From positions 1 to 28,304 of IMG/VR virus record IMGVR_UViG_3300008266_001072: a stretch of 28,304 nucleotides of DNA; one strand, 5' to 3'. The notes beneath the pieces are model-generated. The model saw only the letters and a program-made list of their open reading frames with translations, was not told where the DNA came from and did not search any database. A program made the position numbers and the translations under genes. Source of the DNA: a virus. Lineage: Duplodnaviria; Caudoviricetes. Shown in pieces: positions 1-10,204 of this stretch; within the stretch, counting starts at the first letter, position 1; each line of letters begins with the position of its first letter.

Positions 1-1
1 C

Positions 2-3000
2 ACCCAGCGCCAGGCCAGCGTCGACCAGAACCTGGCCAAGGTGCAGGAGCTGCACGACACGCTCGGCCCGGCAGGCATGCGCGAGACGCTGCTGCAAGAG
101 CTGACGGTGTCGGACCTGAAGAAGAAGGCCGCGGCGCTCGGTGTTGAGTTCTCCACCAGCTACAAGGCCGACGTCAAGCTGCCGCTGGCCGCCGTCATCT
201 TCGGCCCGAAGCTCGGGGCCTTCTACGCCAACCTGATGGGCGCGGACGGCTACCTGACGATGGACCGCTGGTGGTCGCGCACCTTCAACCGCTACCGAGG
301 CACCCTGCTGCAGAAGCCGACCGCGCAGGGCATGGCCCGCTTCCGCGAGCTGCTGGGCCAACCGAACCTGTCGGACGACGAGACCCTGGCCGCGGCGGTC
401 GGGCCTCGCAACGCCTACGCGGCGCGCGGCTACAAGAACCCCTCCGAGATCGAGGCCGCAGCGAACACGCTTTACAAGGCCGCCTTCGAGAACATCGAGG
501 ACAAGCCCTTCAACGCCTCCGACCGCAGTTTCATGCTGGACACGGTCGCCCAGGCGCGGGCTACGCTCAAGCGCCAAGGCGTTGAGATCAGTGTGGCGGA
601 CATTCAGGCCGTCCTGTGGTACTATGAGAAGCGCCTGTACGGAGAGCTGGGCGCTCGTCAAACAGCGGATGTGAGTTATGAAGAAGCAGCCCAACGTGTC
701 GTCGCTGAAGGAACCGCGGATGTTGGAGCCCTCGGACCCGATCTGGGAGGCGACTGGGAAGCTGCCGCTGAACAGTCTGATCCCGGCGCTCTCGCCTACA
801 ACCAAGGCCCCGTCGCCCGCAGCGTAGACGCCTACTTCTCCCTGGAGAACATCGGCTCGCTGCTGGAGAAAGACGACTGGACGATCCTCACGGCAGAGAA
901 CCCGATGGGCCAGCAGGCCACGCCGGAGGAGAACGCCAAGGCCCAGGCCAAGCTGGTCGCTGACCTCGACGCGCTGGGCGTCGACTACCAGCCGTCGATT
1001 GGCCGCTACGGCCAGATCGAGAACTCGTTCGTGGTCGTCGGGATCACCGAGAAGCAAGCCCGCGATCTGGGCGCGAAGTACGATCAGGACAGCGTGCTGA
1101 CCCGCAAGGGTCTGATCTACCAGGACGGGCGGGTCGACGCCGCCGTCGGCCTCACGGTCCACGACACCCGCCCCGAGGACTACTTCACCGAGGTGCCCGG
1201 CACCGGCGCGCTGTTCACGGTGGACCTGGACTTCGGCGAACAGACCGAAACCTTCAACCAGTCCGACCCCTTCTACTCGGCGCTCGAACGCGCTGTGGCT
1301 GGCAGCCCCCTGACCAAAGCGCCAGCGGCGCAGTGGATGGCGACGCTCTCCAAGACGCCCGGCGTCAAGAAGGAAGAGATCGAGATCACGGGGCTGAACG
1401 ACTGGCTTGATGCGCTGGCCGATCCAGACCCGCTCGCGCAGACTTTCGCGCTCGAAGCTGGCCAGGTCGATGCAAAGGGCAACGTCTCGAAGGAGACGGT
1501 GCTCGCCTTCGTGCAGTCCGGCGGGGTGCGGCTGGAGGAGACGGTTCTTGGTGAGCCTGATCCCGACGCGGACGCCGAGATCGACCGGCTGGTCGAGAAA
1601 AGCCAGCAGCGCGTGCGCGAGGAGGCTATGGCCAACCCCGCTTATGGCGCAACCGAGAGCCGCGATGGAAGCGGCTGGACGATATACAACCGCGCCAACT
1701 ACATAGAGTGGAGCGAGCGGTTCCAAACCGAGGCCGAGGCCGAGGCGTTTGCGGAGCGGGCGAACCGCCTCCAGCTCGAAGAACGTCTCGCCGAGAACGA
1801 GGGCTATGCCCGCCGGACCTACGTCGAGGACGCAAGGAACAGGAACCCGCTCGGCACCCGGTTTACCGACTACACCATCAAGGGCGCGGTCCCCGGATCG
1901 CAGCGCGAGTTTCTCGTGCGCCTGCCCGTCTTCAAGGGTAACACATTCGACAGCTCGGAACATCACTTCGAGGGCATAAACGACATCATTGGACACTTCC
2001 GCGCGTCCGAACACGCCGCCGCGAACGGTAAGAAAACGATGGTGCTGGACGAGGTCCAGTCGACCCACCACGCGATGGGCGAGGCCGACGGCTACGCGAT
2101 CTCTGCCGACCCGGCGACGCTGGCTGCGCTTCAGGAAGCCTACAACGCCGCGTTGGAGGCGCAGCGCGCCTCGTGGCCGCCGACGGTGGACGCCGCGCTC
2201 CGGGCGCTTGGGCAGCATCTGGAGCGGTATCGGGGGAACCCCGGCGTCGAGGAGGCGACCCAGCGCACCCTCGACGATCTCAATGACCGCAACAACCGCA
2301 ACCCGTCGTCGGCCGCGATCTACGCCTACAACGTCCTGAACGCCCACAGCTCGCTGCTCGACGACGAGGCGCGCGTGGCGATGAACGCCTATAGCAATGC
2401 CCGCCTGCGCACCACCGAGGCGGCGGGCGCGTTGCTCGCGGCCCAAGGCCAAGGCGTTGCCGACGCCCCTTGGAAGAAGAGCTGGGACGCCCTGCTGATG
2501 AAGCGGGCTATCCGCTACGCTGTGGACAACGGCTTCGAGCAGATCGCCTGGATCAACGGCAACCAGCAGAACGGCGGGCTGACCGGCGGCGACGGCTCGT
2601 GGTTCTACGAGCGCAACCTGGTCAACGTGACCAACGACATCGTCAAGAAGTTCGGCACCAAGGTCGGCAAGGTGGATATGATCCGCAACGAGCCGGGCTC
2701 GCCTCGTCGCGACCTGATGGAGTTCGTCGCGGAAGTCGACGCCCGAGGAGAAAACTCGGGCTACGGCACCCTCGCGGAGTTCCAACGCCCCGCCAACAAG
2801 CTCGGCATCCAGAACGGCTTCGAGATCACGCCGCAACTGGCCGAGGCTGCCCGCAAGGGCTTCGCCCTGTTCCAACCGAACCGTGGCCAGATCGCCTTCG
2901 GCCAGGACATCACCCAGACCCCGTCGGTCATCAGCCTGCTGCGCGCCGCCGACCTCTCGACCTTCATCCACGAAACCGGGCACTTCTTCCTCGAAGCCAC

Positions 3001-6000
3001 GGCCGACATGGCCAACGCCACCGACGCCCCGGCCGACATCGTCGCCGACATGGCCACCGTCCTGAACTGGATGCGGCCGGGCATGACGCTCGCCGACTGG
3101 AACGTCATGTCGCTCGAAGAGCGCAGGCCCTTCCACGAGAAGTGGGCGCGCGGCTTCGAGGCCTACCACTTCGGGGGGCGCAGCCCCAGCCTCGCCCTGC
3201 GCGACGTGTTCCGCCGCTTCTCGGCCTGGCTCAAGAACGTCTACAAATCCCTGACCGCCCTCGACGTCGAGCTGACCGACGAGGTCCGTCAGGTCATGGA
3301 CCGGATGCTGGCCACCGAGGCCGAGATCACCGAGATGGAACAGGCCCGTGGCCTGACGCCAGCCTTCACCAACAAGCCCGAGTTCGCCAGCGACGACGAG
3401 TGGGAAGAGTACCAGCGGCTGGCAGGCGACGCCACGGCCGAAGCCATCGAGCAGCTCGAGCAGCGCAGCGCGCGTGACATGCGCTGGGCCTCCGGTGCCA
3501 AGGACCGCTACCTGCGGTCGCTGCAGCGCGAAGGCGAAGAGCAGCGCAAGGCTGTCCGCGCCGAGGTCACCGCCGAAGTCATGGCCGAGCCCGTCAACCG
3601 GGCCCGCGCTTTCCTGCGCCGCGGCCTGGGCGAGAACGGCGAGCCGGTCGAAGGTGCAGCGAAGCTGGACCTGGCCACCCTCAAGTCGCTCTACGGCGAC
3701 GAGGGCACCTGGACCGGCCTGCGCCGTGGCGGCAAGTACGGGGAGGTCAGCACCGACGGCCTGCACCCCGACGCCGTCGCCAGCATGTTCGGCTACACCA
3801 ACGGCCAGGCCCTGATCGAAGACATGGTCAACGGCGAAGACAGCGCCGACAAGATCAAGGGCCTGACCGACCAGCGCATGCTCGAGCGTTACGGCGACCT
3901 GTCCGACGCGCAGTCCATCGAGCGCGCCGCCAACGAGGCCGTCGCCAACGAGGCCCGGGCCAAGTTCGTCGCCGCCGAGATGGCGATGGCTGACAAGGCC
4001 ATCGGCAAGAAGTCGATCCTGAACAGCGCGGCCAAGGAGTTCGCGGCCTCGGTCGTCAACCGGCTCGAGCTGAAGCGTCTGCGCCCGGCGCAGTACCTCG
4101 CCGCCCAAGGCCGCGCCGCCAAGGCCGCCGAGAAGGCGCTCAAGGGCGACGACCTGCCCGGCTTCGCCACGGCCAAACGCAACCAGCTCGTCAACCTGCA
4201 CACCGGCCGCGCAGTCCAGCAGGCGCAGAAAGACGTCGAGAAGACGATGCGGTTGTTCACGCGGATCGTGAGCGCCAAGGACGACAGCATCTCGAAGTCG
4301 CGCAACATGGACCTGGTCAACGCCGCACGCGCGGTGCTGTCCTCCTACGGCGTCGGCCGCGTCAAGAACGACCCGGCGGGCTACATGCGCGCCCTGTCGC
4401 AGTACGACCCGACGCTCTACGCCGACATCGAACCCTTCGTGAACGGTGCCAGGGGCGACGCCAAGCCCATCGTCGACCTGACCTACGAACAGTTCACCGC
4501 GCTGCGCGATACCGTCAACCAGCTCTGGGCTCTGTCGCGCCGCACCAAGCAGATCGAGATCGACGGCAAGCTCATGGACCGCGAAGTGGTCACCACCGAG
4601 CTGGGCCTGCGCCTCGACGAGATCGGCATCCCCGCCCAGGCTGGCGTCGACCGCGCGCCGACGGATCGCGACAACCGCGTCCGTGACCTGCTCGGCGCTC
4701 GCGCCGCGCTGCGCCGCGTGGAGAGCTGGGCCCGGGGTACGGACGGTGCGAACTCGGGGCCGTTCCGCAAATATATCTGGAACCCGATCTCGGTCGCCGC
4801 CGACGCCTACCGCGCCGAGAGCGGCGTCTACATCCGCCGCTTCCGCGAGCTGCTCGACGGCATGCGCGACGAGCTGAAGCCGGTCGACATCAAGGCCCCC
4901 GAGATCGGCTACACCTTCGGCGGCAAGTCCGAACTGTTCCATGCCCTGCTGCACACCGGCAACGGCTCGAACAAGTCCAAGCTCCTGCTCGGCAGGAACT
5001 GGGGCAAGAAGAACGCTGACGGCTCGCTCGACGACACCCGCTGGCAGTCGTTCGTCGACCGCCTGCACACCGAGGGCGTGCTGACCCAGAAGGACTGGAC
5101 CTTTGTCCAAGCCGTGTGGGACTTGCTCGAAGAGACCAAGCCCGGCGCGCAGAAAGCTCACCGCGCAATCTACGGCCGGTACTTCGACGAGGTCAGCGCC
5201 GACCCGGTCGACACCCCTTTCGGCCAGCTGCGCGGCGGCTACGTCCCTGCGATGACGGACGGCTTCCTGGTTCAGGACGCCGCTCTGCGCGCCGAGCAGG
5301 AGGCCATCGAAGGCGGCGACAGCGCCATGTTCCCGGCGGCCTCGAACGGCTTCACCAAGTCGCGCGTCGAGGACTACACCCGCGAGCTGGCGCTGGACCT
5401 GCGCCTGCTGCCGATGCACATCGACAAGGTGCTGAAGTTCACGCACCTGGGCCCGCCCGTCCGCGACGTCGCCCGCATCCTGAAAGACCGGGGCTTCTCC
5501 AAGAAGCTGCAGGCCTACGACCCGACGGCCCAGACCGACTTGCTGCTGCCTTGGCTGCAGCGTGCCGCCAAGCAGCTGGTCGAGACCCCGTCGAAGGGCC
5601 GCGCCGGTAAGGCAGCCGACCGCTTCTTCAGCGCCGTGCGCAGCCGCGTCGGCATGCAACTGATGTTCGCCAACGTCGTGAACACGGCGCAGCAGGTCAC
5701 CGGCTTCTCGAACGTGCTGCTGCGTGTCGACGCCCCGATCCTGGGCGACGCTCTGTGGCGCTACGTCCGCGACCCCAAGGGCGTCGCCGAAGCCGCCGCC
5801 AGCCAGTCGGTCTTCCTGGCCAACCGCATGTCCTCGGACATCTTCGAGGCGCGCCAGACCATCGCGCAACTCACCAAGCTGGACCCGTCGAAGACGGACG
5901 AGGCCGTGGCCTTCCTGCAGCGCAACGCCTACTTCATGCAGTCGGCGGTGCAGAACGTCATGGACGTCATCAGCTGGACCGCGGCCTTCAACCAGGCTTC

Positions 6001-6736
6001 CGGTAAGGGCGAGAGCGACCGCGACGCCGCGCGCTTCGCCGACAGCGTGATCCGCGAGACCCAGGGTACGATGGCCCCGGAGGATGTCTCGCGCTTCGAG
6101 ACGGGCCCGGCGTTCATCCGCGTGTTCACGCAGTTCGCTGGCTACTTCAACATGATGGCGAACCTGAACGCCACCGAGGTGCAGCTGGTCGCCCGTGACG
6201 CCGGTCTCAAGAAGGGCATGGGCCGCCTGTTCTACGTCTACCTGATGGGCTTCGCGGTCCCCGCCCTGATCGGCGACGCCATCGCCAAGGCGCTGCGCGG
6301 CGGCTGGGAAGACGAAGAGGGCGACGGCTATCTCGACGACCTGTTCGCCTGGTTCTTCTCGTCGCAGGCCAAGTTCGCTCTGGCCGCCGTGCCGGTCGTG
6401 GGCCAGGCCGCCAACGCCGCGCTGGGCGCGTTCACGAAGCTGCCCTACGACGACCGCATCTCGATGTCGCCCGCGGTGTCGGTGATCGAGAGCGGCCTGG
6501 GCACCCCGGCCGAGGTCTACCAGAGCTTGGTCGACGGCGAGAGCTTCAACCGCGCCGACACGCGCGACGCCCTGAACCTGCTCGGCGTCCTGACCGGCAC
6601 GCCCATCGGCGCGCTGGCCAAGCCCCTGGGCTACGGCGTCGGCGTCGCGCAAGGCGACATCGAGCCGACCGGCCCGCTGGACGCAGCGCGCGGCGTCATC
6701 ACCGGAGCGCCCTCGCCAGAGAGCAGGATGCAGTGA
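2..6736 (+). CDS. Giant polyvalent internal virion (ejection) protein, 5'-truncated by the window (>2240 aa)
   Basis: The frame is open from position 2, upstream of the 41 GTG, and the gene lies just before the tail spike as in APSE/BPP-1-like podoviruses. Motifs: GPKLGAFYANL..TMDRWW..ADIQAVLWY (HhH-glycosylase-like), ILTAENP..YDQDSVL (DUF3293-like), FYSALERAV..GVKKEEI and LDEVQS (polyvalent-protein domains), HETGH..HEKWARGFEAY (zincin-like), then a long helical C-terminus. Confidence 0.85.
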   Translation, partial: TQRQASVDQNLAKVQELHDTLGPAGMRETLLQELTVSDLKKKAAALGVEFSTSYKADVKLPLAAVIFGPKLGAFYANLMGADGYLTMDRWWSRTFNRYRGTLLQKPTAQGMARFRELLGQPNLSDDETLAAAVGPRNAYAARGYKNPSEIEAAANTLYKAAFENIEDKPFNASDRSFMLDTVAQARATLKRQGVEISVADIQAVLWYYEKRLYGELGARQTADVSYEEAAQRVVAEGTADVGALGPDLGGDWEAAAEQSDPGALAYNQGPVARSVDAYFSLENIGSLLEKDDWTILTAENPMGQQATPEENAKAQAKLVADLDALGVDYQPSIGRYGQIENSFVVVGITEKQARDLGAKYDQDSVLTRKGLIYQDGRVDAAVGLTVHDTRPEDYFTEVPGTGALFTVDLDFGEQTETFNQSDPFYSALERAVAGSPLTKAPAAQWMATLSKTPGVKKEEIEITGLNDWLDALADPDPLAQTFALEAGQVDAKGNVSKETVLAFVQSGGVRLEETVLGEPDPDADAEIDRLVEKSQQRVREEAMANPAYGATESRDGSGWTIYNRANYIEWSERFQTEAEAEAFAERANRLQLEERLAENEGYARRTYVEDARNRNPLGTRFTDYTIKGAVPGSQREFLVRLPVFKGNTFDSSEHHFEGINDIIGHFRASEHAAANGKKTMVLDEVQSTHHAMGEADGYAISADPATLAALQEAYNAALEAQRASWPPTVDAALRALGQHLERYRGNPGVEEATQRTLDDLNDRNNRNPSSAAIYAYNVLNAHSSLLDDEARVAMNAYSNARLRTTEAAGALLAAQGQGVADAPWKKSWDALLMKRAIRYAVDNGFEQIAWINGNQQNGGLTGGDGSWFYERNLVNVTNDIVKKFGTKVGKVDMIRNEPGSPRRDLMEFVAEVDARGENSGYGTLAEFQRPANKLGIQNGFEITPQLAEAARKGFALFQPNRGQIAFGQDITQTPSVISLLRAADLSTFIHETGHFFLEATADMANATDAPADIVADMATVLNWMRPGMTLADWNVMSLEERRPFHEKWARGFEAYHFGGRSPSLALRDVFRRFSAWLKNVYKSLTALDVELTDEVRQVMDRMLATEAEITEMEQARGLTPAFTNKPEFASDDEWEEYQRLAGDATAEAIEQLEQRSARDMRWASGAKDRYLRSLQREGEEQRKAVRAEVTAEVMAEPVNRARAFLRRGLGENGEPVEGAAKLDLATLKSLYGDEGTWTGLRRGGKYGEVSTDGLHPDAVASMFGYTNGQALIEDMVNGEDSADKIKGLTDQRMLERYGDLSDAQSIERAANEAVANEARAKFVAAEMAMADKAIGKKSILNSAAKEFAASVVNRLELKRLRPAQYLAAQGRAAKAAEKALKGDDLPGFATAKRNQLVNLHTGRAVQQAQKDVEKTMRLFTRIVSAKDDSISKSRNMDLVNAARAVLSSYGVGRVKNDPAGYMRALSQYDPTLYADIEPFVNGARGDAKPIVDLTYEQFTALRDTVNQLWALSRRTKQIEIDGKLMDREVVTTELGLRLDEIGIPAQAGVDRAPTDRDNRVRDLLGARAALRRVESWARGTDGANSGPFRKYIWNPISVAADAYRAESGVYIRRFRELLDGMRDELKPVDIKAPEIGYTFGGKSELFHALLHTGNGSNKSKLLLGRNWGKKNADGSLDDTRWQSFVDRLHTEGVLTQKDWTFVQAVWDLLEETKPGAQKAHRAIYGRYFDEVSADPVDTPFGQLRGGYVPAMTDGFLVQDAALRAEQEAIEGGDSAMFPAASNGFTKSRVEDYTRELALDLRLLPMHIDKVLKFTHLGPPVRDVARILKDRGFSKKLQAYDPTAQTDLLLPWLQRAAKQLVETPSKGRAGKAADRFFSAVRSRVGMQLMFANVVNTAQQVTGFSNVLLRVDAPILGDALWRYVRDPKGVAEAAASQSVFLANRMSSDIFEARQTIAQLTKLDPSKTDEAVAFLQRNAYFMQSAVQNVMDVISWTAAFNQASGKGESDRDAARFADSVIRETQGTMAPEDVSRFETGPAFIRVFTQFAGYFNMMANLNATEVQLVARDAGLKKGMGRLFYVYLMGFAVPALIGDAIAKALRGGWEDEEGDGYLDDLFAWFFSSQAKFALAAVPVVGQAANAALGAFTKLPYDDRISMSPAVSVIESGLGTPAEVYQSLVDGESFNRADTRDALNLLGVLTGTPIGALAKPLGYGVGVAQGDIEPTGPLDAARGVITGAPSPESRMQ

Positions 6737-6744
6737 CCTTTTCG

Positions 6745-6776
6745 GTATGTCTAAGGCCCGGCCTCGCCTCTAGGAT
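6745..6776 (+). promoter_or_regulatory. Putative phage late promoter GTATGTCT-N18-TAGGAT
   Basis: Intergenic, upstream of the tail spike. Same motif and spacing as GTATGGCT-N18-TAGTCT at 26881-26912, upstream of terS. Confidence 0.5.
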
Positions 6777-6803
6777 CGCGCCCGTCCTTCGGAGCTTTTA
6801 ATC

Positions 6804-9728
6804 TTGGCCATATCCTCGAGCACCCGCAAGGCCGGGCCGTTTCTCGGCAATGACGCGACGACGGTTTTCCCGTTCGCGTTCAAGGTCTTCACCGCCGCCG
6901 ATCTGCGCGTCGTCCGCACCAACGCCCTCGGGATCGAGAGCGACCTGGTGCTCGACACCGACTACACGGTCGCGCTCAACTCGAACCAAAACAACGATCC
7001 CGGCGGCACGGTGACGCGCACCACGGCTCTGCCGACCGGCGAGAGGCTGACAATCACCTCCGATGTTGAGGCGCTCCAACCCCTGGTGCTGACGAACAAC
7101 GGCGGCTTCTACCCAAGCGTCATCAACGACGCCTTCGACAAGATCACCATCATCGCGCAGCAGCTGATCGAACAGGTCGGCCGCTCGTTGAAGCTGCCGA
7201 TCAGCTCTTCCGCCAGCCCCACCCTCCCCGACCCTGTGGCCAATCAGCTCATCGCGTGGAACAGTGGCGCGACCGGGTTTACCAACTTCGACCCCACGGA
7301 CCTCGCCACCGTCGCCGCCTACGCCGACGCCTACATCGACTTGTTCACAGGCAACGGAACGCAGACCAACTTCACTTTGACCCACGGCCCGGCCGTGCTG
7401 GCCAACTTGTCTGTGTCGATCAGCGGCGTGGTCCAGGTCGGCGGCGAAGACTTTACTTGGGTCGGCACCACGCTCACCTTCGCGGTCGCGCCCCCGACCG
7501 GCACGCGCATCCAGGTGCGCTACACCCGCGCCATTCCGATCATAGACGTGGCCGCCGTGGAGCTGGCCCGCGATCTGGCGCAAGGCTACGCCTCCGACGC
7601 CGCCGGTGTCTCCGGCGTCAACGTGCCCTCCTACGCCTCGCGCGCATCTCTCGCCGGGGCCACGGTCGCGGCGGCCATCAAGCAAATCGCCACGCGGGGT
7701 TATGCCGCCGAGAGCGACGGTGGCGGCGCAACCTACGCCCGCACATCCTACGCGACGATTGTTTCCGCGGGCTACCCAGCGGCGTCCTACCAACGCTCGA
7801 CCGACCGCATTATGCCAGACGGCTCCACGGACGCCACCAACGGCGGTTATTGGTTGATCGTAGAGCCGGTCACGCGCCCCGAAATGTTCGGGCCAATGAC
7901 CACGACGACCGAGACGACGGCCGCGATGAAGGCTGCGGTCCACTTCATGGCGTTGACCAAGCGGCCCTTGGTTCTGCGCGGCTCGTACGACGTTAACGGA
8001 GAAATCGCCCCGAACATTACGATGGCAAACGCGGCCTACAATCTCCGGTTTGAAGGTGATGTGACGATCACCTACGACGCGTCGGCGGCGGCGACCGAAT
8101 ACTTCCTCGGCGTGTTCAGCACGGCGGCGACCAAGAACTACATCGGCCAGACAGGCGGCTCCCTGACCATCGTGGCCAACAGTAAAATACAGCGCGCCCT
8201 CTCGCTCGGTTGTGCCTCCGGCTCGTCGGCGATTGCCGGTGAGTGCCATGTGCGGGGTGTGCGGGTCACGAACGTCTACGGGCCCGCTGGGTCCAACGGG
8301 GTCGCCTACGCCATCGACATCTCGGGCCCATTCGCCCGGTACTCCCTGGACGATCTGGCGACGGACGGGGCGACGCGCGACGCCAGCCTGGACGCAACGG
8401 GCGATTGCAAAGGTCTGCGGGTTTCGCAGGCGCGCGTGGCTGTCGAGGTCACAAACTCGTCCTTCCTCAACGTCCAGAACGCCCTCCAAGATGCAGACGG
8501 AGCCGCGATCTTCGGCCCGCTGGGCGGAGGCGGGGTGCCCGTCGGGCCGCTCGCTCGCTTTGTCAACTGCACCTTCACAGGCAACAGGGGCCGCAGCTGC
8601 AAGACCCAGACGCGGCGTACGGAAGCCATCAACTGCGTGTTCGACCGGGGTGGCGTCGGAACAATCTCGGGCGGTCTGGAGATCGACGCGCAGTGCGGCG
8701 AGCTTTACGTTGAAAACTGCCGCATCAACATCGACGTGGCGGTTGGGGCCAGCTACTCCGTATTCGCTTCGCAGCTGACCAACCCTGACACCGCGCGCTT
8801 CACCACCATCCGCGACGTCGAGGTCCGCACGACGGTCGATTTCCCGAGGTTCTTCCTCACAGTCCTGGGTGCCAACTCGCCCAGCTCGACAGTCCTCATC
8901 GACAACGTCCGCGTCCTCGGCGTAGACGGTTTGGTGACGACGGCTCTGTCCCGGTCTTTTGTCGAGTTCCAGGCCGACCAAGTCAAGCTGGCGAGCACCA
9001 AACTCTCGATCACCGTGGCAAACTGTACTGTCCAGACCAACCTGATGCTGATCGGGTACACAGGCCACGACGGCACGGACCTTTCAGCAAAGCTCGCCAT
9101 CCACGCCTACAACAACAAAAACACGCTGACGGTTGTCAGCAACAACCGAGTGTTCAACCAGTTGTCGGGCACGACGATTGCCAAGCTGACCGACTATACG
9201 TTCCGCGAGAACGAAAACTTCTACACGCATTTCGTAAACTGGGACATCAGCTTCGCGACGATCAAGCCGGGCAACGATTTCGTGGTGGAGCTGGCGGGGG
9301 CGACGGTTACTAGCGGCCCGAGCGGTCTGCCGGTGACGGGCTACGCGCGCATCGTCACGGGCACGGGGGAGCAGACGTTATGGAACGAGCTGCCGCGCGA
9401 AATCATCGTGGAAAACTACGGCCGCCACTTCTACACGCAAACCGGCACTTGGGTCGAGCTGGCCGACCGCGCCATGCTGGAAGGCACCGCGACCTTCGAC
9501 GCCGCCTCTCTCGCCCTCGGTGGGTCTGGCGCGATCCAAACGCTGACCGTGACGGGCGCGGCTTTGGGCGACCTGACCCAAGCCTCTTTGTCCGTCGACC
9601 TGGCCGGTGTCGTCATCCACTCGTGGGTGAGCGCCGCCAACACCGTGAAGTATTTCGCCCACAACCTCGGGGGAGCCGACCCGGTTGATCTTGCGTCGGC
9701 CACCGCAAAAATACGGGTAGTCAAGTAG
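6804..9728 (+). CDS. Tail fiber/tail spike (receptor-binding protein), 974 aa
   Basis: TTG start with GGAG RBS. Podovirus N-terminal anchor (GPFLGNDATTVFPFAFKVF) and a second related unit (FTGNGTQTNFTL). Tailspike motif RGYAAESDGGGATY, a beta-helix-like middle (NCTF, NCVF, ENCRI), and a C-terminal TVTGAALGD..WVSAANTV domain. Confidence 0.9.
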   Translation: MAISSSTRKAGPFLGNDATTVFPFAFKVFTAADLRVVRTNALGIESDLVLDTDYTVALNSNQNNDPGGTVTRTTALPTGERLTITSDVEALQPLVLTNNGGFYPSVINDAFDKITIIAQQLIEQVGRSLKLPISSSASPTLPDPVANQLIAWNSGATGFTNFDPTDLATVAAYADAYIDLFTGNGTQTNFTLTHGPAVLANLSVSISGVVQVGGEDFTWVGTTLTFAVAPPTGTRIQVRYTRAIPIIDVAAVELARDLAQGYASDAAGVSGVNVPSYASRASLAGATVAAAIKQIATRGYAAESDGGGATYARTSYATIVSAGYPAASYQRSTDRIMPDGSTDATNGGYWLIVEPVTRPEMFGPMTTTTETTAAMKAAVHFMALTKRPLVLRGSYDVNGEIAPNITMANAAYNLRFEGDVTITYDASAAATEYFLGVFSTAATKNYIGQTGGSLTIVANSKIQRALSLGCASGSSAIAGECHVRGVRVTNVYGPAGSNGVAYAIDISGPFARYSLDDLATDGATRDASLDATGDCKGLRVSQARVAVEVTNSSFLNVQNALQDADGAAIFGPLGGGGVPVGPLARFVNCTFTGNRGRSCKTQTRRTEAINCVFDRGGVGTISGGLEIDAQCGELYVENCRINIDVAVGASYSVFASQLTNPDTARFTTIRDVEVRTTVDFPRFFLTVLGANSPSSTVLIDNVRVLGVDGLVTTALSRSFVEFQADQVKLASTKLSITVANCTVQTNLMLIGYTGHDGTDLSAKLAIHAYNNKNTLTVVSNNRVFNQLSGTTIAKLTDYTFRENENFYTHFVNWDISFATIKPGNDFVVELAGATVTSGPSGLPVTGYARIVTGTGEQTLWNELPREIIVENYGRHFYTQTGTWVELADRAMLEGTATFDAASLALGGSGAIQTLTVTGAALGDLTQASLSVDLAGVVIHSWVSAANTVKYFAHNLGGADPVDLASATAKIRVVK

Positions 9729-9962
9729 ATGACCCTCCACTCTGACGCCCGCAAACTGAACTGGGCCATGATCGGCGTCATACTGACGCTTGGCCTCCAG
9801 ATCGCCGTGCTCATCTTTTGGGGCGGCGGCATCAACCAGCGCGTGGCCAGCCTCGAGCGCATCGTCGGCCCTCTCGCCGACGGGACGCTGGCGCGCCTGG
9901 ACGAGCGCACCCAGGCCATGAAGGAACAGCTAGACCGGATCGAGAAGAAGGAGGGAGAATGA
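9729..9962 (+). CDS. Small membrane protein (1 TM plus coiled coil), holin/antiholin-like
   Basis: Hydrophobic WAMIGVILTLGLQIAVLIFWGG followed by a charged coiled tail. First gene of the lysis cassette; ATGA overlap with the next gene. Confidence 0.7.
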   Translation: MTLHSDARKLNWAMIGVILTLGLQIAVLIFWGGGINQRVASLERIVGPLADGTLARLDERTQAMKEQLDRIEKKEGE

Positions 9963-10204
9963 CCGACAACCAAGACCCCCTCCCCGAACCCTCGTTCCAC
10001 TGGCGTCGCTGGGTCACCATCGGCTACGTCGTGTCGACCACGATCCTGCTGGTCGGCATCATCTGGAAGCTCAGCGAGGGTGGGCCGCTGCGCGACGTGG
10101 CCCTGGCCCTGATCGGTTCGCAGGCCTTCTTCGCCCTCCTCTACATGGGCGGCGCGTCGGCCGCCGACCTCGCCCGCATCGTCGCAAGCTGGAAAAAGCC
10201 ATGA
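9959..10204 (+). CDS. Putative holin (2 TM), 81 aa
   Basis: Start re-called at ATG 9959 (MTDNQDPLPEPSFHWRRW..) with GGAGGGAG RBS. Two hydrophobic segments and a basic C-terminus; ATGA overlap with the endolysin. Confidence 0.75.
   Translation: MTDNQDPLPEPSFHWRRWVTIGYVVSTTILLVGIIWKLSEGGPLRDVALALIGSQAFFALLYMGGASAADLARIVASWKKP

Noticed and set aside
22-28. Avoidance of CGACCAG (another Caulobacter methylation motif)
   Set aside because: The motif is present (for example 22-28), so it is not part of the avoided set.
2470-3477. 335-aa alternate-frame ORF inside the giant gene, and similar Arg/Pro-rich ORFs elsewhere
   Set aside because: Arg/Pro/Gly-rich off-frame translation typical of high-GC DNA.
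6798-9068. 756-aa antisense ORF over the tail spike
   Set aside because: Shadow frame caused by G/C-ending codons on the sense strand; no motifs, and it fully overlaps a clear gene.
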